DNA from: Gemmata obscuriglobus
Lineage (GTDB): Bacteria; Planctomycetota; Planctomycetia; Gemmatales; Gemmataceae
Direction of reading: 5' to 3'
DNA length: 32,000 bases
NCBI RefSeq assembly: GCF_008065095.1
Contig: NZ_CP042911.1
Location: 7,080,001-7,112,000 of the forward strand
Both the position numbers and the translations under genes were made by a program. A model generated the notes under the pieces. That model searched no databases. It worked only from the letters and a program-made list of their open reading frames with translations, and was not told where the DNA came from. Below, piece after piece: positions 16,167 to 23,958 of this stretch. Within the stretch, counting starts at the first letter, position 1. The number at the start of each line of letters is the position of its first letter.

Positions 16167-16942
16167 ACGAAAAGTGCTTGAAAAGCCCTGTTCCGGAACG
16201 GAACGACCGACCGGATTTGGTCGGGTGACGAAATGCGGTCGGACGGCGGAAGGAAATCCGGTCGCGAGTGCCGCGGTGCCATCAGTCGGATGTGGGACTG
16301 TACGCCGGCCCGCCCGTACCGGACGTACACGGACCCCAGCCGCTTCGAGCCGCTGCGGTACTGATCGACCGCAGCGCGGAGGCGCGCCGAGGTCGCACCC
16401 GCCGTCGGGTGTCGCGCATCGGGCTGACGACGACCACGGTGAGTTCGGGTACTGGCTTTGCTCGTGGCGCAGGCCCTTCGGTCTGGGCCACGAGCAAAGC
16501 ACCCGCGAGGCTGGTGCGGTCCCTCCCACCTCGCCTCTGCTGTAACGGGGGTTACAGCACGGCACCGGTAGCACCTGATGGGGCGCGGACTGGACATTCG
16601 CTGCCGTCCGACTGGTGAATCGCTACCGGTTCGCTGGGTGGTCGCTACCCGCGAATCACGCCCTCAAAACCCGCAGGAGCCTCCCGAATGAACGAGCACC
16701 GGTTCCAGTGGCATCCGAATCAAACGACGCAATATGCGAACACAGAGCCACTTGCAACGAACACGGCCCACACGTGCGGTTTCTCCCCGCGAATAAACGC
16801 GGGCGCCAAACACCCAACCGGGTGTCGCTCAAACTTCCAAAAGTGCCGCGAAAGGGGAAATGCCGTGGGGCAATACCGGGTGTGCCGACCGTTCGGCGTG
16901 GTCGCGATCCAGCGAGCGGGGTGGGACGTTCCCGCGCCGACG

Positions 16943-17866
16943 CTACTGCCAGTCGGCGTCGCGTGTGATGCCGTGTTTGCGCATCTTGCCGTAGAGTGTG
17001 GTGGGCTTCAGCCCGAGACGGTGAGCCGCCCCGCCGGGGCCGTACACGCGACCGCCGGCCGCCCGCAGGGCCGCCACGATGCGCGCCTTTTCCTGCTCGG
17101 CCCAGGTGCGCGCCGTTTCGACCGGAGGCGCCCCGAGCCACGCGGGATCGACAACCAGTTCGTCCCCTTCGCTCACGATCACCGCGCGTTCGATGACGTT
17201 CTGAAGCTCGCGCGCGTTCCCGGGCCAGTCGTACGCGGCCAGCGTGCGCAGCGTCGAAGCGGAGACGGTGTTCGCCGGCTTGTTGTGCCGGGTCGCGAAA
17301 TGTTGGAGGAAGTGCGCGGCGAGGGCCGGTATGTCGTCCCGGCGGTCGCGGAGCGCGGGGAGTTGGATCGGGAACACGTTCAGCCGGTAGAACAGGTCGG
17401 CGCGAAAGGTGCGTTCGCGAACACCGGCGGTGAGGTCGCAGTTGGTGGCCGCGATCAGGCGCACGTCCACCGGAACCGGCTTGCACCCGCCGAGCAACTG
17501 AACCACCCGCTCCTGAAGGGTACGAAGCAGCGCGACCTGCGCGTCGGCCGTCAGTTCGCCGACTTCGTCCAGGAAGAGCGTGCCGCCGTTCGCCTGCTCG
17601 AACCGGCCGGCGTGCCGGCGCGCGGCACCGGTGAAGGCGCCGGCCTCGAAGCCGAACAGTTCGGCGACCACCAGCGATTGCGGCAGCGCGCCGCAGTTGA
17701 CTGGTACGAACGCCTCTCGCGCCCGCGGGCTCTGCGCGTGCAGCGACCGGGCGACGAGTTCCTTGCCGGTCCCGGTTTCGCCCAGGATGAGGACGGTCGC
17801 GTCGGTTCCGGCCACCTGCTGGATGGCCTTGCGCACGCCCGGAAGGGCGCCGATGAGGGGTGTCAT
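16943..17866 (-). CDS. Sigma-54-dependent transcriptional activator (bEBP) made only of an AAA+ domain and a Fis-type HTH, with no N-terminal sensory domain.
   Basis: Walker A GETGTGKE, the GAFTGA loop (FGFEAGAFTGA), Walker B GGTLFLDEVGEL, RLIAATN, FRADLFYRLNVF, YDWPGNARELQNVIERA and the C-terminal HTH AAHRLGLKPTTLYGKMRKHGI are all present. ATG at 17866 overlaps the upstream stop. The in-frame extension to 18202 is Arg-rich and overlaps the DUF1653 CDS. Confidence 0.9.
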   Translation of the reverse strand: MTPLIGALPGVRKAIQQVAGTDATVLILGETGTGKELVARSLHAQSPRAREAFVPVNCGALPQSLVVAELFGFEAGAFTGAARRHAGRFEQANGGTLFLDEVGELTADAQVALLRTLQERVVQLLGGCKPVPVDVRLIAATNCDLTAGVRERTFRADLFYRLNVFPIQLPALRDRRDDIPALAAHFLQHFATRHNKPANTVSASTLRTLAAYDWPGNARELQNVIERAVIVSEGDELVVDPAWLGAPPVETARTWAEQEKARIVAALRAAGGRVYGPGGAAHRLGLKPTTLYGKMRKHGITRDADWQ

Positions 17867-18087
17867 GACGGCCCAACGTATGCGAACCGCGGGACCGGTT
17901 CGCCGCTCACGGTGACGGTTTCGAGGAACATCGCGAGCGGGCGCACCCACAGCCCGGTGTCGTTGTACAGCGGCCGGTACACCACCAGCGGCTCCTCCGT
18001 CTCGCTGTGCCGGGCGACGCCGACCACCTCGTACTCGCCGCCCTTGTAGTGACGGTACCGTCCCGGTCGCGGTTCGTGACTCGACAT
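17863..18087 (-). CDS. DUF1653 domain protein (74 aa).
   Basis: GRYRHYKGGEYEVVGVARHSETEEPLVVYRPLYNDTGLWVRPLAMF is the characteristic DUF1653 core. Its TGA (17865-17863) overlaps the ATG (17866-17864) of the activator gene. Confidence 0.8.
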   Translation of the reverse strand: MSSHEPRPGRYRHYKGGEYEVVGVARHSETEEPLVVYRPLYNDTGLWVRPLAMFLETVTVSGEPVPRFAYVGPS

Positions 18088-18203
18088 TGTGTCTTTCCCT
18101 GGGACCGCTGCGGTCCCGACGCCTGCTCCACGCGGAGGTGCGCTGCGATGAGCCGATCACCCGCGGGTGCCCGAACCGACCGTGATCCCGCGGGGCGAGC
18201 AAC

Positions 18204-18749
18204 TCAGTTCTTCGGCTTCACGGTGTGTGGCGCCGGGGCCACGGGCAGCGCCGGCTTCTTCGGCTCTTCGGGCTTTTTCGCGGGCTGTTCGACCTTCTTC
18301 GTCTCGTCCGGCTTCTTGACGGGGGTCTCGGTCTTCTTCGTCTCGTCCGGCTTCTTGGCAGTCGGTTCGGGCGACTTCTTCGGTGCGGCGGTGGCGGCCT
18401 TCAGGTTCTTGCGCACCGCTTCGATGGTCTCGTGCAGGAGGAACGCTTTGCGGTCCGCGCTCGCTTCTTTGTCCGCCGCCTCCAGCCCGGCGTCGATGAG
18501 CTTTTGCGCCTCGGGGCGGTGGCCGATCAGCGGGCGGACGGTCGCCAGCGCGCCCTGGTACACGCGGTACGTGCCGACGAAGTCCTTGCTCTCGTTGTAC
18601 AGGTCCGCGCCCCGGTTGTGCACGTCCCGGAGCGTGTCGATCACGAGCCGGTCGAAGGCGGTCGCGTCGGGCAGCTTCGGCTCGTCCGCGGTGCCGCGCA
18701 GCCCCAGCAGCGCCACGAGGGCGAGTGCCGCGAGTCCTCGGGTGGTCAT
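18204..18749 (-). CDS. Secreted hypothetical protein with a helical N-domain and a Lys/Pro/Glu-rich repetitive C-terminal tail.
   Basis: ATG at 18749 has GAGGT 8 nt upstream. The signal peptide is MTTRGLAALALVALLGLRGTA. The tail reads KKPDETKKTETPV/KKPDETKKVEQPA..KKPEEPKKP. An exact 25-nt DNA direct repeat occurs at 18294-18318 and 18333-18357. Confidence 0.65.
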   Translation of the reverse strand: MTTRGLAALALVALLGLRGTADEPKLPDATAFDRLVIDTLRDVHNRGADLYNESKDFVGTYRVYQGALATVRPLIGHRPEAQKLIDAGLEAADKEASADRKAFLLHETIEAVRKNLKAATAAPKKSPEPTAKKPDETKKTETPVKKPDETKKVEQPAKKPEEPKKPALPVAPAPHTVKPKN

Positions 18750-18889
18750 GTGGTGTACCTCAGTTTCGTCTTCCGTGTCGAAGTTCCGTGCCATCATGAC
18801 GCGCCGGGGTCGGGGTTGCAACGCGACTCGGGTTCCGCGTACCATCGGTGCGAGTGCCCCCACACACCGTCCCGCACGGAAGCGGACCC

Positions 18890-19750
18890 GTGGCCGACAA
18901 ACTGACACAACAAGTCCTCGACGCCCTGACCCGCGCCGCGGCCGAACCGACCGGCCTCCCGCTCTACGCGGGCAAGGCCGACCTGGGCCTGTTCCCGAAC
19001 GTCGCGGGCGCGAAGCCGGCCGCGCAGAAGTGCCTCGCCGAAGACCTCGTGCGGGTGGTCGGGGCGGACCCGAAGAGCAAAACGCCCCGCGACCTCTACG
19101 GCCTCACCGACAAGGGGTGGGAGTACCTGCTGGCGGCGGTGAACCCGAAGCAGGTGCTGGAGGACTTCGTGCGCGTGCTCGAGGCGCGCCAGGGCGAGGT
19201 CACCGATCTGCTCGCCACGGCCCGCCGCATGGCCGACAGCCTCCAGGGGCTCCGGGACGCCGTGTCGCGCGTGCTGCCGGCGGTCACGGCGGTGCGGGTG
19301 CGCGAAGCGCTCCCCTCGGTCGCCGCCCCGAGGGTCGAAGAGCCGGTGAGCGAGTTCGTGCCTTCGACACACGCTGGGGTTCCGGAGGCGCCGGCCCTGA
19401 GCCCGTTCCTGCTCCGGGGCGGGGTCGAGGAGGGACTGCTCCCCGCGCCCGCACTCGCGCCGGCGGTGCTCGCGCACCTCGCCGAGCACACCGGCCCCAC
19501 GGACTGCCCCCTGCCGGAACTGTTCCGCGCCCTCGCGCAGACCGCCGCGCTCACCATCGGCGAGTTCCACGACTGCCTGCGGGAGCTGCACTCCGAGGGA
19601 CGGGTCTCCCTGCCGCAGTGGACCGGCCCGCTGTACGCCCTGCCGGAGCCGCAGTACGCCTTGCTCATCGGCCACGGCATCGCGTACTACGCCTCGCTCC
19701 GCGAAGCCGGGGTCCGGGAGATCACCGGCTCGGCCCTGTACGGTTCCTGA
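18890..19750 (+). CDS. Hypothetical protein (~287 aa) with two winged-helix-like regions separated by a coiled/Pro-Ala linker; first gene of an operon with the AAA+ protein.
   Basis: The frame is coding-like throughout. The N-terminal region reads KCLAEDLVRVVG..PRDLYGLTDKGWEYLL and the C-terminal region LPELFRALAQTAALTIGEFHDCLRELHSEGRVSL. The start is uncertain (GTG at 18848, 18854 or 18890). The stop lies 49 nt before the next ATG. Confidence 0.6.
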   Translation: MADKLTQQVLDALTRAAAEPTGLPLYAGKADLGLFPNVAGAKPAAQKCLAEDLVRVVGADPKSKTPRDLYGLTDKGWEYLLAAVNPKQVLEDFVRVLEARQGEVTDLLATARRMADSLQGLRDAVSRVLPAVTAVRVREALPSVAAPRVEEPVSEFVPSTHAGVPEAPALSPFLLRGGVEEGLLPAPALAPAVLAHLAEHTGPTDCPLPELFRALAQTAALTIGEFHDCLRELHSEGRVSLPQWTGPLYALPEPQYALLIGHGIAYYASLREAGVREITGSALYGS

Positions 19751-19799
19751 CCCCTGCCCCTCGCCTGGTCGCCGACGCTCGAACAAGGAGGTTCATCTG

Positions 19800-22406
19800 A
19801 TGACCGCTACCGCCATCGCGCCCGAGCCGATCGCCTTGACCGGGCGCACCCGCGACGTGCTCAAGCGGGCCGGGAACCCGTTCCGCAACTACTTCGCCCG
19901 CAACCCCGACGACGAGGTGTGCGCGCGGTACCACGTGCCGGAGCTGTTCGCCGCCGAGCGCGACCTGCTCCACGCCATCATCGACCTGTACCGGTACGAC
20001 CCGCAGACCCACAGCGAGGTGGTGCCCATCCTGGGGAACAAGGGCGCCGGCAAGACGCACCTGCTGCACAGCATCAAGCACGGCACCAGCGGGCAGTGGC
20101 AGTTACTGGTCACCCCCGGCGTGTACCAGCGCGACTCGGACTTCCTCGAGTACCTGCTGTTCCAGATCATCGACACGCTGCTCGGGGGCGGGAAGCAGAA
20201 GGGCGTCCGCCCGCTCGAGTACATCAGCGACCAGCTCGTGCGGCGGCAGCTCGGCGTCGCGCTGCGCGAGCTGAGCGACGAGGAGAAGGTGGAGCTGTTC
20301 CCGCCGCCGGGGCTGGGCCGCTGGGCGCGGCGCCTGGGGATGGGCACGCAGCAGGCCCGCGAGCGGGCCGAATGGCTCGCCGAGAACCTGAGCGGGTACT
20401 CCAACTTCGCCCGGGTGCCCACGCCGGTGCTCCAGGCCCTCAGCGAGGCCGGGCTGACCGCGCAAAAGGCGTTCGACCTCGTGAGCGCCTACGTCCAGAA
20501 GAACGAGGCGCACAACACCGCCGGGCTGATGCGCCGGCACATCTTCCAGGGGTTCGCGAAGGCCGCCCTGCTCCGCGACGAGAGCGACCTCGCCAGCTTC
20601 CTCACGTTCGGGTTCGCGGAACTCGAGTTCCACGTCCGCCCGACGCGCCAGGACCTCGTGCTCGCGCTGTTCAAGGTGCTGACGGAGGTGTTCCGCAGTC
20701 TGAAGACGCCGGTCGTGGTCGCGTTCGACCAGCTCGAGGACCTGCTGCTCGCCCGCCGCACCGACGACGCCCACAAGACCGCCGAGGCGTTCTTCGCCGG
20801 CATCGTGCAGGTGATGCACCAGATCGACGGCCTGTGCTTCCTGATCTTCGCCGAGCGCGGGCTGTGGAACCGGTTCGTGCCCTCGCTGGACGGGTACATT
20901 CAGGACCGGCTCAACAACCCGGTCCACGTGCCGAAGCACGGCACCGTGAAGGCCATCCGCCTCGAAGCGCCGCCGAGCGACCTCGTCCGCCGGGTGGTCG
21001 AGGCGCGCCTCCGGCCGTGCCTCGCCGAGCTGCCGAACGGCGAACCGGTGCCCGAGATCTTCCCGTTCGCCGACGAGCAGATACTCCGCATCGCGCGCAC
21101 CGAACCGACCCTGCGCGACATGCTCCAGCAGTTCCGCCACCTGTTCGACCACGTCGTGTACGGCCCGGACGACCTGACCGCCGAGCGCCGCCCCGCCCCC
21201 GCGCCGGTCGAGGCGCCGGCGCCGGCCCCCGCCGCCCGCCCGGCCCCGTCCGGGTTCGTGGAGTTGCCGGCGGCGCGGTTCGACGTGTCAGCCGAACTCG
21301 CGCCCGCGCCGGCCCTGGTGGCCCCGACCGAGCCGACGCTCGACGACTGGCCGGTGCCGGTGGACCACGCGAGCCGGCTCGCGGCGCTGCTCGGGCACGA
21401 TGAGGGCGAAGCCCCCGAGAAGGTCGAGTTCACCTTCAAGCAGGTGGACGTGATCGAGGCGCCGGCCACCGCCCCGTTGATGCTAGCCCCGGCGCCGGTG
21501 GACGTGCCCCTCGCAGTTGCGGTTGAGGAGCAGGAGCGCGTCGAGGAGCAAGCGCGAGCGGGAGAAGTCAGCGTCCCGAACGCCCCAACGGCCGAGCCGG
21601 TGAGCGAACCCGTAGCGGTGTTCACCCACGAGCCCGTGAGCGAATCCCCGCCGGCGCCAGAGTTGATCGAGAGTGCGCCCAGCCCGCTCGAAGCAATTGC
21701 CGCCCCGGAGGTGCCGGCCGCCCAGAGCTTTCCGGCGGAAGTACCGGCAGACGTACCGGCCCCCGCTGTGGTGAAGCTGACCGCCGCCGCGCTCGTCGAG
21801 CTGTGGGAGCAGGAGCAGCGGGCCGCGCGGCGGAAGCTCGAGCCGGAAGGGGCTCTCACGGGCGCCACGCGCGAGCTTCAGGCCGGCCTGGGCGCGTTCC
21901 TGAGCACCTGCCACGAGCACGGCGTGAAGGTCGGGCCGTGGCGCTTGCAGCACGTCGTCGACGAGTGGTCGTACGGCGAGCACCCGACCTACGGCGTGGT
22001 CACGATCGCGCACTGGGCCTGCAAGGACGGGCAGCCCTGGCGCATGGGGCTGGGGCTGTTCCTGGCCCGCGGCGCCGGAAAGCCGAAGGACCTTGAGGTG
22101 AAGCTCGGCGTGCTCGAGACCGAGCCCGCGATGGTGGACCTGTTGGTGCTGCTGCGACCGGAAGACGACATCGCGACCACGGGCAAGAGCAAGACGCTGC
22201 TGAACGACGCAGAGCGGCGCGGCAAGCACACGCGGCTGGAGCCGGTGTCGCTGGACGGGTTCGCGCAGATGTACGCGTTCCCGCGGTGGCTCGCGGTGGT
22301 ACGCGAGTCGCTGCCCGAGGGCGCCCCGCTGCCGAACCTCGCGGACGTGATCCAGGAAAAGTGCGAGAAACTGCTCGAGCAGGTGTGCATGCCGGTTCAG
22401 GGCTGA
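19800..22406 (+). CDS. Large AAA+/P-loop NTPase (868 aa) of unknown function, with an insertion between Walker A and B, a long disordered Pro/Ala/Glu linker and an unknown C-terminal domain.
   Basis: A strong RBS AAGGAGG (19785-19791) precedes the ATG at 19800. Walker A is ILGNKGAGKTHLLHSI (nt ~20034-20057) and Walker B is PVVVAFDQLEDLL (nt ~20712-20741). CFLIFAERG is sensor-1-like, and AIRLEAPPSDLVRRVVEARL is lid-like. Low-complexity sequence spans aa ~460-660, and a globular C-terminal region spans aa ~661-868. Confidence 0.85.
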   Translation: MTATAIAPEPIALTGRTRDVLKRAGNPFRNYFARNPDDEVCARYHVPELFAAERDLLHAIIDLYRYDPQTHSEVVPILGNKGAGKTHLLHSIKHGTSGQWQLLVTPGVYQRDSDFLEYLLFQIIDTLLGGGKQKGVRPLEYISDQLVRRQLGVALRELSDEEKVELFPPPGLGRWARRLGMGTQQARERAEWLAENLSGYSNFARVPTPVLQALSEAGLTAQKAFDLVSAYVQKNEAHNTAGLMRRHIFQGFAKAALLRDESDLASFLTFGFAELEFHVRPTRQDLVLALFKVLTEVFRSLKTPVVVAFDQLEDLLLARRTDDAHKTAEAFFAGIVQVMHQIDGLCFLIFAERGLWNRFVPSLDGYIQDRLNNPVHVPKHGTVKAIRLEAPPSDLVRRVVEARLRPCLAELPNGEPVPEIFPFADEQILRIARTEPTLRDMLQQFRHLFDHVVYGPDDLTAERRPAPAPVEAPAPAPAARPAPSGFVELPAARFDVSAELAPAPALVAPTEPTLDDWPVPVDHASRLAALLGHDEGEAPEKVEFTFKQVDVIEAPATAPLMLAPAPVDVPLAVAVEEQERVEEQARAGEVSVPNAPTAEPVSEPVAVFTHEPVSESPPAPELIESAPSPLEAIAAPEVPAAQSFPAEVPADVPAPAVVKLTAAALVELWEQEQRAARRKLEPEGALTGATRELQAGLGAFLSTCHEHGVKVGPWRLQHVVDEWSYGEHPTYGVVTIAHWACKDGQPWRMGLGLFLARGAGKPKDLEVKLGVLETEPAMVDLLVLLRPEDDIATTGKSKTLLNDAERRGKHTRLEPVSLDGFAQMYAFPRWLAVVRESLPEGAPLPNLADVIQEKCEKLLEQVCMPVQG

Positions 22407-22414
22407 TTCGCCGG

Positions 22415-22443
22415 CGCCCGCGTGCCAAGGTGGCACGCGGGCG
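22415..22443 (+). terminator. GC-rich hairpin 9 nt after the stop of the AAA+ gene.
   Basis: cccgcgtgcca (22417-22427) and tggcacgcggg (22431-22441) form a perfect palindrome that extends to 13 bp. CTTTTC follows a few nt downstream. Confidence 0.5.
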
Positions 22444-22508
22444 TGCTCGCTTTTCGTCCCGGTTTCGCTAACTCATCATCGGAATCGCCCGTCCCCCGCA
22501 CGGCCCCG

Positions 22509-23822
22509 ATGACTTACGACGAAGCCCTGGCCTTCTGGTACGGACGCATCAACTACGAGGTGCGGTCCGCCGGGCCGCTGGACCTCAAGTTGGAGCGGAT
22601 GCGCGCGCTCCTGCGGCGTCTCGGCGACCCGCAGGACCGGCTGCGCCTCGTTCACGTCACCGGGACAAAGGGCAAGGGCTCCACGTGCGCGATGCTCGAG
22701 TCGGTGTTGCGTACGGCGGGCTACCGTGCGGGGCTGTTCACGTCCCCGCATTTGGCCCACATCGAAGAGCGGATGCAGGTCGACCGCGTGCCCATTTCCC
22801 ACGGGGAACTGGCTGCGTGCATGGAGGAGGTGGCCCCCGCGGTTCGCGCGATGGAGACCGACCCCCGGTTCCCGTCACCGACGTTCTTCGAGATCGGGAC
22901 GGCGCTGGGGTTCTTGCACTTCGTGCGACGCCGCTGCGACATCGCGCTGATCGAAGTGGGGCTCGGCGGGCGGTTCGACAGTACTAACGTGTGCCAACCG
23001 CTTGTGTCGGTGATCACGAACGTCGGACCGGACCACATGGCCCAGCTCGGCACCACGCTCGAAGCGATCGCGTTCCAGAAAGCGGGAATCATCAAGCGCC
23101 GGGTGCCGGTGGTGAGCGGCGTGACCCAGGACGGGCCACGCGCCGTGATTCGCCAAGTGGCGGCCGAGTTGAGTGCTCCAATATGGGAAGTGGGTGTGAA
23201 GCCCTGTTCTCCAATCCCTTCCTTCAAAAGGGAAGAACTTCATGTCGCGGAGGAGGTCGGGGTGAGAGCCGCTCCCATTGGCCTACTCGGTGCGCACCAG
23301 CGTGCGAATGCGGCGGTGGCGACGGCAGTACTCGATCGGCTCCGAACGGCCGGGATGCACATTCCGGCGGCGGCCGTCGCGCGCGGGCTGGGCGAGGTAA
23401 AATGGCCGGCACGCGTCGAGGTGGTGCGCGAACGCCCGACCACAATTCTCGACACCGCGCACAACGTGCCGAGCGCAGAGGCACTCGTGACCACGCTGCG
23501 CGAGGCGTTCCCGAACGCGGGCACGAAGCGTGTGGTGTTTGCGGTGTCGTCGGACAAGCAGTTTGCTGAGATACTTCGCGTTCTTGCGAGCTACTTCGAC
23601 CATTTCTACTTCACAAAGTACAGCAACAACCCGCGAGGCGTGCCGACCGAAGCGCTCGCCACCGCACTCGCCGCGGTCGCGCCGGGTAAACCGTTCACGC
23701 TTCATGCGACCGCACCGAAGGCTTGGAACGCGGCCGTTTCCACCGTAACTGATACGGACTTGGTGTGCGTAACCGGCAGCGTGTTCCTGGCCGGCGAACT
23801 GCGCCCGCTGATGGCGTCGTGA
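22509..23822 (+). CDS. folC: Bifunctional folylpolyglutamate synthase / dihydrofolate synthase.
   Basis: MTYDEALAFWYGRINYE, the P-loop VHVTGTKGKGST, LFTSPHL, IEVGLGGRFDSTNV, ITNVGPDHM and GSVFLAGE are family-typical. ATG at 22509 was chosen; the ORF extension from 22422 runs through the terminator hairpin. Confidence 0.9.
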   Translation: MTYDEALAFWYGRINYEVRSAGPLDLKLERMRALLRRLGDPQDRLRLVHVTGTKGKGSTCAMLESVLRTAGYRAGLFTSPHLAHIEERMQVDRVPISHGELAACMEEVAPAVRAMETDPRFPSPTFFEIGTALGFLHFVRRRCDIALIEVGLGGRFDSTNVCQPLVSVITNVGPDHMAQLGTTLEAIAFQKAGIIKRRVPVVSGVTQDGPRAVIRQVAAELSAPIWEVGVKPCSPIPSFKREELHVAEEVGVRAAPIGLLGAHQRANAAVATAVLDRLRTAGMHIPAAAVARGLGEVKWPARVEVVRERPTTILDTAHNVPSAEALVTTLREAFPNAGTKRVVFAVSSDKQFAEILRVLASYFDHFYFTKYSNNPRGVPTEALATALAAVAPGKPFTLHATAPKAWNAAVSTVTDTDLVCVTGSVFLAGELRPLMAS

Positions 23823-23890
23823 GCCACGAACACATTTCCGGCCCGTGCCCGCAACTTGTTCCGATAGAAGTGGTAGAATGGCCCGTGCCT

Positions 23891-23920
23891 TCCCGCCCGG
23901 GTCCGCGGACCCGGGCGGGA
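23891..23920 (+). terminator. Perfect GC-rich palindrome downstream of folC.
   Basis: cccgcccgggtccg / cggacccgggcggg (23892-23919) is a 28-nt perfect palindrome about 70 nt after the folC stop. There is no U-tract, so its function is uncertain. Confidence 0.35.
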
Positions 23921-23958
23921 GTGACGCATGCGGCCCCGTAGTGTGGTTAAACGCCTTC

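Noticed and set aside
16715-16760. caaacgacgcaatatgcgaac resembling the start of a tmRNA tag-coding region (ANDE...).
   Set aside because: The reading frame does not end in a hydrophobic ..LAA-stop tag. There are no tRNA-like acceptor or T-arm sequences (no GGTTCGA-type T-loop, no 3' CCA context) in the vicinity.
18778-18793. Minus-strand TGGCACG-gaac-TTCGA, ~30 nt upstream of the secreted-protein gene that heads the DUF1653/EBP gene string.
   Set aside because: The position and -24 half are attractive, since they would imply autoregulation. However, the essentially invariant -12 GC dinucleotide is inverted to CG. I did not count it as a promoter, though it is worth rechecking if TSS data exist.
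22431-22446. TGGCACG-cggg-CGTGC as a sigma-54 promoter upstream of folC.
   Set aside because: The GC of the would-be -12 element is one nucleotide too far from the GG. The TGGCACG is simply the right arm of the terminator palindrome at 22417-22441.
23878-23958. Earlier ATG (23878) or the track start (23845) for the polytopic membrane protein.
   Set aside because: The ATG overlaps a TAGAAT box. The extension would also encode the perfect 28-nt GC palindrome at 23892-23919, which looks like a folC terminator or structural element. This call is not certain.
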